Positions 37,684 through 47,178 of a stretch of 64,000 nucleotides of DNA are shown in pieces. The notes below the pieces were generated by a model that saw only the letters and a list, made by a program, of their open reading frames with translations, was not told where the DNA came from and searched no databases. The DNA lies in the NCBI GenBank assembly GCA_017551925.1, contig JAFZKA010000115.1, forward strand, positions 20,490-84,489. The letters are read 5' to 3'. Source of the stretch: Bacteroidaceae bacterium. Its GTDB lineage: Bacteria; Bacteroidota; Bacteroidia; Bacteroidales; Bacteroidaceae. Made by a program: the position numbers and the translations under genes. The stretch's first letter is position 1. Every line of letters starts with the position of its first letter.

Positions 37684-40600
37684 ATGAGAGTTAGAACTTT
37701 TTTGGCACTTGCAGTAGTCGCCTTTTCCACATTGAATATTGGATGTGATGAAGAGACGAAGCAACTGAATATATCCAATTTTGAGAAGCCAACCATCTCG
37801 ATAGATTCCGTTACTATTTCAACAAGTAATCTTGGGATAGTATTGTCCGGTTCATATAAAACCGTAAACAGTGATGAGAAAATATCAGAATGTGGTTTTT
37901 ATTACTATTCAGAAAAGAATAAGGATTCCATCATTAAAACGCCAGTTGCTATAGTCAATAATACTTTTTCTGTTTCATTGCTATTGAAAGACTATGGAAC
38001 AACTTATTATTACAAAGCTTATATCTCAAACGGTGTATATTCAATTGAATCTGAAGAAAAGTCTTTCAAACTTCTGGACTTAAAAGATTATGTAAGGATT
38101 TCCAGTCCTGGTATAGTTTCATCAAATAGTGGGACTGTTATTCTTAAAAGTGATATCAATCAGGCAAGTGGTGTCAACATAACTGAGAAAGGAGTGATTG
38201 TGGGCGCAACAGAGCAATTGACAATAGATTCAACACATTATGTGGATAAATCACAATCTTCTACAATTAATGTCACGGTTAATGAATTAGCGATAGGTTC
38301 TAAGTACTATTTCCGGTCATACATAAAGGATGGCGAATATCTTGCATATAGCAACACAAACAGTTTTATTCCACATGCAGTACCTTCTATTTCCACGGTT
38401 CAAGTTAACAATATAGACTATTATTCAGCATACTCGGGGGGATATAATATTTGCAGTAATGGCTTGGATATTATCTCAAAGGGTATAGTGTGGAGCAAAA
38501 CAGTTAATCCAACAGTTGGCAACTCTTATATCAAGTCATTAGACATCTCTGATGAAAAAGAATTTACATGCCAACTAACCGATCTAGACCCAGGTATCAC
38601 ATATTATGTTCGTGCATTTGCCATCAACAGTGATGGTACAGGATATGGCGAAGAATTCTCTTTCGCAACCATTGCCTTAAAGAGGCCAACCATAAGCACT
38701 GACTCTATATGGGACATAACAAGTTCATCGGTAAAGGTTAGTGGTAAGGTTATTTCGGACGGTGGTACCTCTGTTACAGAAAGAGGCATTGTGTTGGGTA
38801 CATCTCATAATCCCACAGTCGAATCAGGGACTAAAACAATTTCTGGCAACGGCTTAGGTGGCTTTACATGCTCATTCTCGGAACTTTTGCCAGGAACAAC
38901 CTATTATGTTAGAGCTTATGCTATTAACTCTGTTGGTGTAGAATATGGTGCTGAGAATTCATTTACTACAAATACTACTCTTCCAACAGTAAACTCTATC
39001 AGCGCATCTGATATTACGTCTTCATCTGCCGTGATAAGTGGTGCTGTTACTGCAGCAGGCGGTACCAGTGTAACAGAGCGTGGAATAGTTTGGAGTACAT
39101 CTGATAATCCTACAATTGAAAATAATAAAAAGATTTCAGGTGATGGATTGGGAGAGTTCTCTGTCACATTATCAGATTTGGCATTTGCTACAACTTATTT
39201 CGTGCGTGCATATGCAATCAATTCAGTAGGTGTTTCCTATGGTAGTTCGGTCAGCTTTACTACAAATGCTATTTTACCAGTATTATCCACTGCGTCAATT
39301 ACGTCAATAACTAGTAACTCTGCGGTTTCTGGAGGCGAAATAACAAGTGATGGCGGTGCTACAGTAACAGCCCGTGGTGTGGTATGGAACAAAGAGGAGA
39401 ATCCCACAACAGAGCTTTCAACAAAAACAACTGATGGCACAGGCTCAGGCTCATTCTCATCAAGTATTACAGGTCTTGAGCCAGGCATAACATATCACGT
39501 TCGTGCCTACGCCACCAATTCAATAGGAACAGCTTATGGCCCCGATGAATCATTCACCACATTAACAACAATTCCTTCTGTTATAACATCTGCAGCATCT
39601 GATATATCACCCACCACCGCAACAGTGGCTGGTAACGTAACAGCTACAGGTGGAGCAGAAGTTACAGAACGCGGTATTGTTTGGGGTACAACAGAAAGTC
39701 CTACAGTGGATGATAATAAAGAAATCAGCGGTAAAGGTCATGGTGAGTTCTCTGTTGCTCTATCAAATCTTACTATTGCTACTACCTATTATGCTCGTGC
39801 ATATGCAGTTAATTCAGTCGGCGTTGCATATGGCAATATGGTACAGTTTACAACTGGAATGGTAAAGCCTACAATCTCAACAGTTTCTGTTACATCCATA
39901 ACAAGCAGTTCTGCTATATCGGGCGGCAATATAACAAGTGATGGAGGTTCAACGGTCACTGCTCGCGGTGTGGTATGGAGTACTGATAATAATCCTAATA
40001 TAGAACTAACCACAAAAACGGCCGATGGTACAGGCTCTGGAGTTTTTTCATCGAATATCACTGGTCTTGAGCCAGGCGTAACATATTATGTTCGTGCATA
40101 TGCCACTAATTCCATAGGCACCTCTTATGGTTCAGAGGAGTCATTCACGACAAAGCCTATTCTATCAACAGTCAGCACTTCAAGTGCTTCAGAGATTACT
40201 TCATCATCCTTCAAGATAGGAGGTAATGTGACAGCTACAGGTGGTGCTGATGTTACCGAACGTGGTGTTGTTTGGGGAACAAGTGAAGATCCGACCATAG
40301 ATGACAATAAAAAAACTAGCGGAAAAGGACTTGGAGAATTCTCTGTTACTCTATCAGAGCTGACGTTTGCAACAACATACTACGTTCGTGCTTATGCAGT
40401 AAACGCTGCAGGTGTTTCTTACGGCAGTACTATAGCCGTTACAACTAATGCAATCTTAGCAGAATTGTCAACTGCATCAATAACATCAATTACCAGTAGT
40501 TCTGCTGTGTCTGGAGGTAATATTTCCAGTGACGGTGGCGCAATAGTTTCGGCACGTGGTGTGGTATGGAGTACAGAAAAGGATCCTACTATTAGTCTTT

Positions 40601-41682
40601 CAACTAAAACGGCTGATGGCACTGGCAGTGGCTCGTTCACATCAAACATATCAGGTCTTGAACCGGGTGTAAAATATTACGTCCGTGCATATGCCACTAA
40701 CTCTAAAGGAACATCTTATGGCTCAGAAGAGTCATTCACAACAAAGCCCATTTTATCAACAGTCAGTACTTCAAGTGCATCAGATATTACTTCTTCATCC
40801 TTTAAGATTGGAGGTAATGTAACAGCTTCAGGTGGTGCAGATATTACTGAACGTGGTGTCGTTTGGGATACAACAGAGGAACCAACCATAGATGACAATA
40901 AAAAATCCAGCGGAGAAGGTCTTGGAGAGTTTACTGTTACATTGTCAGAATTAACGTTTGCAACTACATACTATGTTCGTGCATATGCGGTAAATTCTGC
41001 AGGTGTATCATATGGCAATTCTGTAACAGTTACAACAGAGGCAATCTTACCTGAATTGTCAACAGTATCAATAACATCAATTACCAGTAGTTCTGCTGTG
41101 TCTGGAGGTAATATTTCCAGTGACGGTGGTGCAATAGTTACGGCACGTGGTGTGGTATGGAGTACAGAAAAGGAGCCAACTATAAATCTTACTACAAAAA
41201 CGGTTGATGGTACAGGATCGGGAGAATTCTCATCAAACATCACTGGTCTTGAACCGGGTGTAACATATTATGTCCGTGCATATGCCACTAACTCTATAGG
41301 CACTGCTTATGGCACTGAAGTATCATTCACAGCTGATATTAATCTGCCTTCTGTAACTACAAATTCTGTATCATCTGTTTCGTCAACTACTATCAGTATT
41401 GGTGGCAACGTAACAAGTGAGGGAGGTGGTAGTGTAATAGCAAGAGGTGTAGTATGGAGCACAACAGAGAATCCAACAGTAGAATTGACCACAAAAACTG
41501 CAGATGGCTCAGGCTACGGATCCTACACCAGTTCAATCACAGAACTTCAGCCAAACACAGTTTACTACATCAGGGCTTATGCAACCAATGCTAAAGGCAC
41601 CGCTTACGGAGAACAGGTCACAGTTCAAACCAAAGCTCAAGGTAGTAATGAAGATGTAGGAAATGAAGATTATGAATGGTAA
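37684..41682 (+). CDS. 1332-aa surface lipoprotein made of 13 Fn3/Ig-like beta-sandwich repeats
   Basis: Lipobox STLNIGCDE. Thirteen repeats, each ending in a TxYY[VFI]RAYAxNxxG..YG..xxFTT-type motif and containing [RK]G[IV]VW[SG]T..NPT. Confidence 0.8.
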   Translation: MRVRTFLALAVVAFSTLNIGCDEETKQLNISNFEKPTISIDSVTISTSNLGIVLSGSYKTVNSDEKISECGFYYYSEKNKDSIIKTPVAIVNNTFSVSLLLKDYGTTYYYKAYISNGVYSIESEEKSFKLLDLKDYVRISSPGIVSSNSGTVILKSDINQASGVNITEKGVIVGATEQLTIDSTHYVDKSQSSTINVTVNELAIGSKYYFRSYIKDGEYLAYSNTNSFIPHAVPSISTVQVNNIDYYSAYSGGYNICSNGLDIISKGIVWSKTVNPTVGNSYIKSLDISDEKEFTCQLTDLDPGITYYVRAFAINSDGTGYGEEFSFATIALKRPTISTDSIWDITSSSVKVSGKVISDGGTSVTERGIVLGTSHNPTVESGTKTISGNGLGGFTCSFSELLPGTTYYVRAYAINSVGVEYGAENSFTTNTTLPTVNSISASDITSSSAVISGAVTAAGGTSVTERGIVWSTSDNPTIENNKKISGDGLGEFSVTLSDLAFATTYFVRAYAINSVGVSYGSSVSFTTNAILPVLSTASITSITSNSAVSGGEITSDGGATVTARGVVWNKEENPTTELSTKTTDGTGSGSFSSSITGLEPGITYHVRAYATNSIGTAYGPDESFTTLTTIPSVITSAASDISPTTATVAGNVTATGGAEVTERGIVWGTTESPTVDDNKEISGKGHGEFSVALSNLTIATTYYARAYAVNSVGVAYGNMVQFTTGMVKPTISTVSVTSITSSSAISGGNITSDGGSTVTARGVVWSTDNNPNIELTTKTADGTGSGVFSSNITGLEPGVTYYVRAYATNSIGTSYGSEESFTTKPILSTVSTSSASEITSSSFKIGGNVTATGGADVTERGVVWGTSEDPTIDDNKKTSGKGLGEFSVTLSELTFATTYYVRAYAVNAAGVSYGSTIAVTTNAILAELSTASITSITSSSAVSGGNISSDGGAIVSARGVVWSTEKDPTISLSTKTADGTGSGSFTSNISGLEPGVKYYVRAYATNSKGTSYGSEESFTTKPILSTVSTSSASDITSSSFKIGGNVTASGGADITERGVVWDTTEEPTIDDNKKSSGEGLGEFTVTLSELTFATTYYVRAYAVNSAGVSYGNSVTVTTEAILPELSTVSITSITSSSAVSGGNISSDGGAIVTARGVVWSTEKEPTINLTTKTVDGTGSGEFSSNITGLEPGVTYYVRAYATNSIGTAYGTEVSFTADINLPSVTTNSVSSVSSTTISIGGNVTSEGGGSVIARGVVWSTTENPTVELTTKTADGSGYGSYTSSITELQPNTVYYIRAYATNAKGTAYGEQVTVQTKAQGSNEDVGNEDYEW
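40150..41331 (+). repeat. Two tandem 591-bp (two-domain) DNA units inside the 1332-aa gene
   Basis: The units start with acaaagcc at 40150 and 40741. 40476..40583 versus 41067..41174 is 106/108 identical. More diverged units with the same period extend upstream. Confidence 0.85.
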
Positions 41683-41773
41683 TTTTTATGATCGTGATAG
41701 ATTTGTTTTTCGTTATCCCTATATATGTTCAGAAAGCAAAAAATAATCATAAACCAATTTAACAATTCAAATT

Positions 41774-42406
41774 ATGAAAAAGATTATCACAGTATTGATG
41801 GCAGCTATGATGATTATAACATCTTCATATGCTCAGACTTCAAAAGAACTTAAACAGATTGCCAAAGAAGCAAAAAAAGAAGCTAAGCAATTTAAAAAAG
41901 AAGGCTGGTTAGTGGCACCTGGGCAACTTCCATTGGAAGAGCAGTTCAAAACTTCATATTCAATGAAGAAGGAGAGGGATGATAATGGGTTGCCTAAATA
42001 TATTTTTGGTGAGGCAATGTCTGTAGGCGAAATTTATGATGCTGCAAGCCGCAATGCAAAACAGCTGGCAACAGAAGATCTTGCATCACGTATTCAAACA
42101 GAAGTTACAAACTTAATAGAGACTACCGTAGCAAACGAACAAATCTCTCAAGATGATGCATCTTCATTAGCCCGTTACGTGAATGCTGGTAAAAGTCTTA
42201 TAGTTCAACGTATAGGCAGGACCATTTCTGTCGTGGAATGTTACAGGACACAAAAGAATGGAACAATACAGGTAAGATCTATTTTGGCTTATAATGAAAA
42301 GATGGCGATGGAAGCAGCTAAAGCCGTAATTAAAAAACAACTTGAAGAAAAAGGCCAGGATCTTCACGAGCAGCTTGATGCAATTTGGGATCAATACGGA
42401 AAATAA
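41774..42406 (+). CDS. Exported LPP20-like protein (hypothetical)
   Basis: Signal peptide MKKIITVLMAAMMIITSSYAQ. Lys-rich helix followed by an alpha/beta domain resembling LPP20-family lipoproteins. Weak call. Confidence 0.4.
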   Translation: MKKIITVLMAAMMIITSSYAQTSKELKQIAKEAKKEAKQFKKEGWLVAPGQLPLEEQFKTSYSMKKERDDNGLPKYIFGEAMSVGEIYDAASRNAKQLATEDLASRIQTEVTNLIETTVANEQISQDDASSLARYVNAGKSLIVQRIGRTISVVECYRTQKNGTIQVRSILAYNEKMAMEAAKAVIKKQLEEKGQDLHEQLDAIWDQYGK

Positions 42407-43290
42407 TGAAGAAGATAATTCTTATTCTGGCGCTAATAGTTGCTCCTTTGATGCTGTCAGCACAAAAAACGCTGACAGCATCAGGGAGTTATACTTACAA
42501 CGCTCCTACAAACATCAGTCTGGATCAGGCTAAATCCATTGCTTTGGAACGTGCCAAGAATGAGATTATTGCTGAACATTTTGGCACTATTGTTGGAGTC
42601 AATAATTATACTGAAGTATCAAATATTGATGGAAAATCATCAGTAAAGTATCTTTCACTAGGTGAAAGTGAAGTTCGTGGTGAATGGATAGAAACCATAG
42701 GCAAACCTGATTACAAGGTCAAATATGAGAAAAACTTCCAGGTAATCACTGTTACCGTTGAAGGTACAATTAGAGAGTTAACTTCTGCTAAGGTCAATTT
42801 CTCCGCCAAGGTTCTTAGAAATGGTGTCGAAGACCGTTTTGAAAGTGACTCCTTTAAGGATGGTGATGATATATACATCTCATTTGAATCTCCAGTTTCC
42901 GGTTACCTGGCTATCTTCTTGTATGATCAGGAAGGTATCAACAGACTACTTCCTATGCCCGCAAGTTCTGAAGGTAGTTATTTGGTTCAAGGAGGTGAAA
43001 AACAGGTGTTCTTTAAGCAAATATTAAATCAGTATTCTCCCTCAGCCGGTACTACAGTAGAGACCGTAAAGAGCATATATCATTTGGTGAGCACTTCAGA
43101 AAGTGAACTTAACCGTATATACATAATCTTCTCACCTAACAAATTTACACGTCCTAATGATACTGTCGGCTCTCAAGAAGATCTTCTGCCTTCATTATCA
43201 TTTGAGTCTTTCCAAAAATGGCTTTCCCGCAGTCGGAAACAGGATGTTGAGATGGCCGTGATAGAGCAAGATATAACTATCAGTAAATAA
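42406..43290 (+). CDS. Exported LPP20-like + DUF4384 domain protein
   Basis: TAATG junction at 42404..42408. Signal peptide MKKIILILALIVAPLMLSAQ. DUF4384-like segment FKDGDDIYISFESPVSGYLAIFLYDQEGINRLLP. Confidence 0.55.
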   Translation: MKKIILILALIVAPLMLSAQKTLTASGSYTYNAPTNISLDQAKSIALERAKNEIIAEHFGTIVGVNNYTEVSNIDGKSSVKYLSLGESEVRGEWIETIGKPDYKVKYEKNFQVITVTVEGTIRELTSAKVNFSAKVLRNGVEDRFESDSFKDGDDIYISFESPVSGYLAIFLYDQEGINRLLPMPASSEGSYLVQGGEKQVFFKQILNQYSPSAGTTVETVKSIYHLVSTSESELNRIYIIFSPNKFTRPNDTVGSQEDLLPSLSFESFQKWLSRSRKQDVEMAVIEQDITISK

Positions 43291-43295
43291 AGACT

Positions 43296-44753
43296 ATGAA
43301 AAGAACTATCTTCATATTGCTGTTGCTTCCATTTTTTTCTGGTCTTAGGGCTCAGACTGGATCCTTCCGTGAACAGTATGAACGATTCCAGCAGGAGGCA
43401 ATGACTACTTATTCAAACTTCCGCAATGAATGCAATCGCAAGTATGTTGAGTTCTTACTCCAAGCATGGGAAGAGTTCCATTCATTGCCAGAAATTCCAC
43501 AACCTGTCGAAGAGGATGTACCTCCTGTCAAATATGAGGATGATTCAACTCCTATAAAAGACAACGAAGTGGTTCATGAAGAGGTAGTGATCAAACAAGA
43601 AAAGGAACAGCTCAAGCCAGAACCTGTGGAGCCCATCAAAGAGACTCCAGTAGTTAAACCTGAGTCGTTCTCATTCACATTCTACAACACTCCAATGCAG
43701 ATTCGTGCTGGACAGAAACAGCGTTTTACGCTTTCTTCTTTATCAGAACGAGAATTATCAAACACTTGGGAAAAACTATGTAGTTCTGAATATGACAATA
43801 TTGTAATTGATTGTCTTCAATTAAGAGAAAAATATAACCTGTGCGACTGGGCTTATCTTCAGATGATCCAATCTTTTGCCAAATCATTCCTTAAAGGTAA
43901 GAATGAATCTACGTTACTGATTGCTTACATATATAGTCAGTGCGGCTATAAAATGCGATTGGGATTAGATGACAAGGATTTATACATGTTATTTGGTAGC
44001 AAATATGAAATCTATGATAGGCCTTACTATGTAATTGACGGTTCAAATTATTATCCTTTAGAAGGTAGTCCCAAGGAAATAAGAATAGCCAATTATAGTT
44101 TCCCTAAGGAAGTGGATTTATCGTTGGCCGTATCGCAAGAACCTACATTATCTGTAACGCAGTCTCCACTCCGTTCTTTAAAGTCAAGAGATTATCCGGT
44201 AACGGCAACATGTTCTGTTAACAAGAACTTGTTGGACTTCTTTACAGATTACCCCACTTCTCAAGTTAATGGTGATCCCATGACAAGATGGGCATTATAC
44301 GCTCAGACACCGCTTGATAAATTATCAAAAGAGCAGTTGTATCCGGTTCTTAAGAAGGCTATTGCGGATAAGACACAGACAGAAGCCGTCAATATTTTGC
44401 TGAACTTTGTCCAAACAGCTTTTGTATATGAGTATGATGATAAAGTCTGGGGCGGTGACCGTGCCTTCTTTGCTGAGGAAACGCTCTACTATCCATACTG
44501 TGATTGTGAAGACCGCTCCATCATGTTCTCTCATCTGGTTCGTGAACTGGTGGGCTTAGATGTTTTGTTACTTTATTATCCAAATCATCTTTGTACTGCT
44601 GTAAAGTTTACTGTTCCAATGCAAGGTGATTATCTCAATGTCTCATCAGGTAAATACTATATCTGTGACCCAACTTACATAGGGGCGCCAATTGGTGTGG
44701 TTATGCCGGATTATAAAAACACAAAACCAAAAGCAATATTACTGGATAAATGA
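43296..44753 (+). CDS. Exported transglutaminase-fold (Cys-His-Asp) protein, paralog A
   Basis: Signal peptide. C-terminal YCDCEDRSIMFSHLV..YYPNHLCTAV..YYICDPTYIGAPIG. Colinear with 45716..47176. Confidence 0.6.
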   Translation: MKRTIFILLLLPFFSGLRAQTGSFREQYERFQQEAMTTYSNFRNECNRKYVEFLLQAWEEFHSLPEIPQPVEEDVPPVKYEDDSTPIKDNEVVHEEVVIKQEKEQLKPEPVEPIKETPVVKPESFSFTFYNTPMQIRAGQKQRFTLSSLSERELSNTWEKLCSSEYDNIVIDCLQLREKYNLCDWAYLQMIQSFAKSFLKGKNESTLLIAYIYSQCGYKMRLGLDDKDLYMLFGSKYEIYDRPYYVIDGSNYYPLEGSPKEIRIANYSFPKEVDLSLAVSQEPTLSVTQSPLRSLKSRDYPVTATCSVNKNLLDFFTDYPTSQVNGDPMTRWALYAQTPLDKLSKEQLYPVLKKAIADKTQTEAVNILLNFVQTAFVYEYDDKVWGGDRAFFAEETLYYPYCDCEDRSIMFSHLVRELVGLDVLLLYYPNHLCTAVKFTVPMQGDYLNVSSGKYYICDPTYIGAPIGVVMPDYKNTKPKAILLDK

Positions 44754-45340
44754 GGCTCTTAAATTTTAGCAGGAAAGACTTCGCTTCTTGGTCTGATGAC
44801 CGGATGGTTTCCGAATTAATAAGCGGAAATCAGGATGCTATTGTCTGGTTCTTCTATACAAAGTATTCAGCCACATTCCAGTATCATATATTCAAACTGT
44901 TTAATTACAAGGTTGATATCAATGACCTTGTTGATGAGTTCTTCCTTTATCTGTATGAAAATGATTGGAAGCGCCTTCGCTCATTTGACTCTACTCAGGC
45001 TTCGTTAAACACCTGGATTTCTACAGTTTCTTATCGTTTTTTCAGAGATTATAAGCAGTCAGTGATAGATTCTGATGGCGATAGTCCTACAAATGATATG
45101 TGGGACTCAACTTATTCTGATTGGGTGAGCAGTTGTGATGCAGGCATAATGATGGATGTTAACAATGCAATTAACCAGATTAAGAATGAGAGAGACAAGC
45201 AGATTGCATCGCGGTTGTTTTTGGAAGATAAGGAATATGAATCTGTTGCTCAGGAGTTCGGTCTTACGGTAGATTATGTATATACCGTCAAGAATAGGCT
45301 AATTAAACAGTTAAGAACAACTTTAAAAGATTACAATTAA
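44750..45340 (+). CDS. ECF-type RNA polymerase sigma-70 family factor
   Basis: ATGA overlap with the previous gene. Region 2-like LVDEFFLYLYENDWKRLRSFDSTQASLNTWISTVSYRFFRDY. Region 4 HTH EYESVAQEFGLTVDYVYTVKNRLIKQLR. Confidence 0.8.
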   Translation: MRLLNFSRKDFASWSDDRMVSELISGNQDAIVWFFYTKYSATFQYHIFKLFNYKVDINDLVDEFFLYLYENDWKRLRSFDSTQASLNTWISTVSYRFFRDYKQSVIDSDGDSPTNDMWDSTYSDWVSSCDAGIMMDVNNAINQIKNERDKQIASRLFLEDKEYESVAQEFGLTVDYVYTVKNRLIKQLRTTLKDYN

Positions 45341-45341
45341 A

Positions 45342-45713
45342 ATGAATGAGGAACTGCAAATAAATGAAGCCGCTCGTTTGGCGGGTACAAAAGCACCTGT
45401 ACAGATGTCACAGGCTCGGGCTCGTGATTTTGTCTCCAAAACATTGGGTACAGCAAATAAAAAGTCCTCGTTCAGGAATTTCTATTTGCAGAAGCCGGTG
45501 TATGCTTGGGGCAGTACCGTCCTTGCTGCAGCCGCATGTTTTTTGATTGCATTCTTTGTCCTTAAACCTTCCAATGGTTCAATTGATCAATTCGGTCAGC
45601 CAGGTAGATTTATGGAGAATCAGTCCAATCATGCAGGGATATCGGTTGTCGATAGCACATTAATTGAGTCATCTGATTCAATTGAAATAACAGTTGTAGA
45701 AACTATTGAGTAG
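45342..45713 (+). CDS. Putative anti-sigma factor (single-pass membrane protein)
   Basis: Starts 1 nt after the sigma gene. One TM helix (WGSTVLAAAACFLIAFFVL). Call rests on position only. Confidence 0.5.
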   Translation: MNEELQINEAARLAGTKAPVQMSQARARDFVSKTLGTANKKSSFRNFYLQKPVYAWGSTVLAAAACFLIAFFVLKPSNGSIDQFGQPGRFMENQSNHAGISVVDSTLIESSDSIEITVVETIE

Positions 45714-45715
45714 AA

Positions 45716-47176
45716 ATGAGTAAACGCTTCTGGCATATAATAATCATCTTGTGCCTACATGTTGTAGCGCAGGCACAGGTGTCTGATTTCCGCAGAGCAT
45801 TTGATGAATTCACTGCGAATGCCAGAACATCATATAACACATTCTCCGATTCAGTTAACGCCGTTTTTGCTGAAGCACTGAAAGAGGATTGGTCAAAATA
45901 TAAAACAGAGGATGCAATTGAGCGGTCTTCAGTTCCGGAACCTACCGAAGCTCCTGTTGTCACAGGCAAAGAGCAACCGTCCAATAGATCGATTAATGTG
46001 TTGGATGAAAAGGAAATCACTCCTACTCAGTTGCCAGTTTCTGCCGATACTGTCAAATGGGAAACATCTGCAGCACCTACATTTGATACACGTTATGTCC
46101 GTTTCACATTCTTCGATTCAGAACAGGTTATACAGATTCCCAGAGAATATGGAACTTTCCATCCAAGCGGAATATCTGAGGTTGACGTTTCCGTATTCTG
46201 GAAACGCTTGAGTGATTATGACTATCGTACCATCTTGTCTGAATGTACTAAGTTGCGGGGAGCCTATGGCTATAATGATTGGGCGTTGTTGCTATGGGTA
46301 AAAGCTCTATCTGGTGCCATATTCAAGGAGAACATAAACTCGGAACAAACAATCTTCTCCATATTTGTTCTAAATCAATTGGGCCTAATGACAAAGGTTG
46401 CCAGGGTGGATAAAGAACTCATAATGCTGTTCTCTTCTCAACAAACAATATACTCTCGCAAGTTTATTGTAGTTGACACATATCCGTATTATACAGTCGA
46501 GGAATCTTCCCCGGCTGATGATGTTTTTACATACGCCACTAAGATGACTGTTGATTCACGCCCTTTGGATATGCATTTCAATGGCATAATGCAGTTAGGT
46601 AGTAAGGCTTCTTATAAGACCTATCACAAGTATTCAAGTTTACTTAATCGTGAACTAACATTACCAATAAGTACATCAGTAACATCATTCTACAGTCATT
46701 ATCCTCAACTTGATGTAAATATCTATGCTTCAGCAACTCCTAACGAGTCTTTCTCATCAAGTTTATTGGATAGCATTCGTCCTGCATTAATAGGGAAATC
46801 AGAATTAGAATCCGTAAACTTCTTGCTCCAGTTCTGTCAGAAACAGTTTGATTATAAAACAGATCTTGAGCAGTTCGGATATGAAAAACCATTCTTCCTG
46901 GAAGAGAATTTCGTATATGACTATAATGATTGCGAAGACCGTTCAATACTGTTCTCATATTTAGTAACTACTCTTCTACAGAGACCAGTAATATTTCTCG
47001 ATTATCCTGGTCATGTAGCTGCAGCAGTTAATCTTTCAGAGGAAATCAAGGGTGATTTCGTTAAACTAGGAGATAACAAATACTACATATGTGATCCCAC
47101 TTACATAGGGGCATCGGTCGGAATGACTATTCCGGAATATAAAAATCAATCTGTCAGAGTATGGAAAATCCGTTGA
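45716..47176 (+). CDS. Exported transglutaminase-fold (Cys-His-Asp) protein, paralog B
   Basis: Signal peptide MSKRFWHIIIILCLHVVAQAQ. YNDCEDRSILFSYLV..DYPGHVAAAV..YYICDPTYIGASVG. Confidence 0.6.
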   Translation: MSKRFWHIIIILCLHVVAQAQVSDFRRAFDEFTANARTSYNTFSDSVNAVFAEALKEDWSKYKTEDAIERSSVPEPTEAPVVTGKEQPSNRSINVLDEKEITPTQLPVSADTVKWETSAAPTFDTRYVRFTFFDSEQVIQIPREYGTFHPSGISEVDVSVFWKRLSDYDYRTILSECTKLRGAYGYNDWALLLWVKALSGAIFKENINSEQTIFSIFVLNQLGLMTKVARVDKELIMLFSSQQTIYSRKFIVVDTYPYYTVEESSPADDVFTYATKMTVDSRPLDMHFNGIMQLGSKASYKTYHKYSSLLNRELTLPISTSVTSFYSHYPQLDVNIYASATPNESFSSSLLDSIRPALIGKSELESVNFLLQFCQKQFDYKTDLEQFGYEKPFFLEENFVYDYNDCEDRSILFSYLVTTLLQRPVIFLDYPGHVAAAVNLSEEIKGDFVKLGDNKYYICDPTYIGASVGMTIPEYKNQSVRVWKIR

Positions 47177-47178
47177 AA

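Noticed and set aside
38604-41492. A series of 60-90-aa minus-strand ORFs (for example 38916..39167, 39237..39488, 39789..40061, 40419..40649, 40971..41243) with mutually similar sequences.
   Set aside because: They are antisense shadows of the tandem repeats in the 1332-aa plus-strand gene. Their similarity simply mirrors the coding repeats, and they have no independent start context.
37800-41640. Periodic DNA repeats that could be mistaken for a CRISPR array.
   Set aside because: The period is about 290/591 bp and lies entirely inside one long ORF. There are no short conserved repeats separated by unique spacers and no cas genes.
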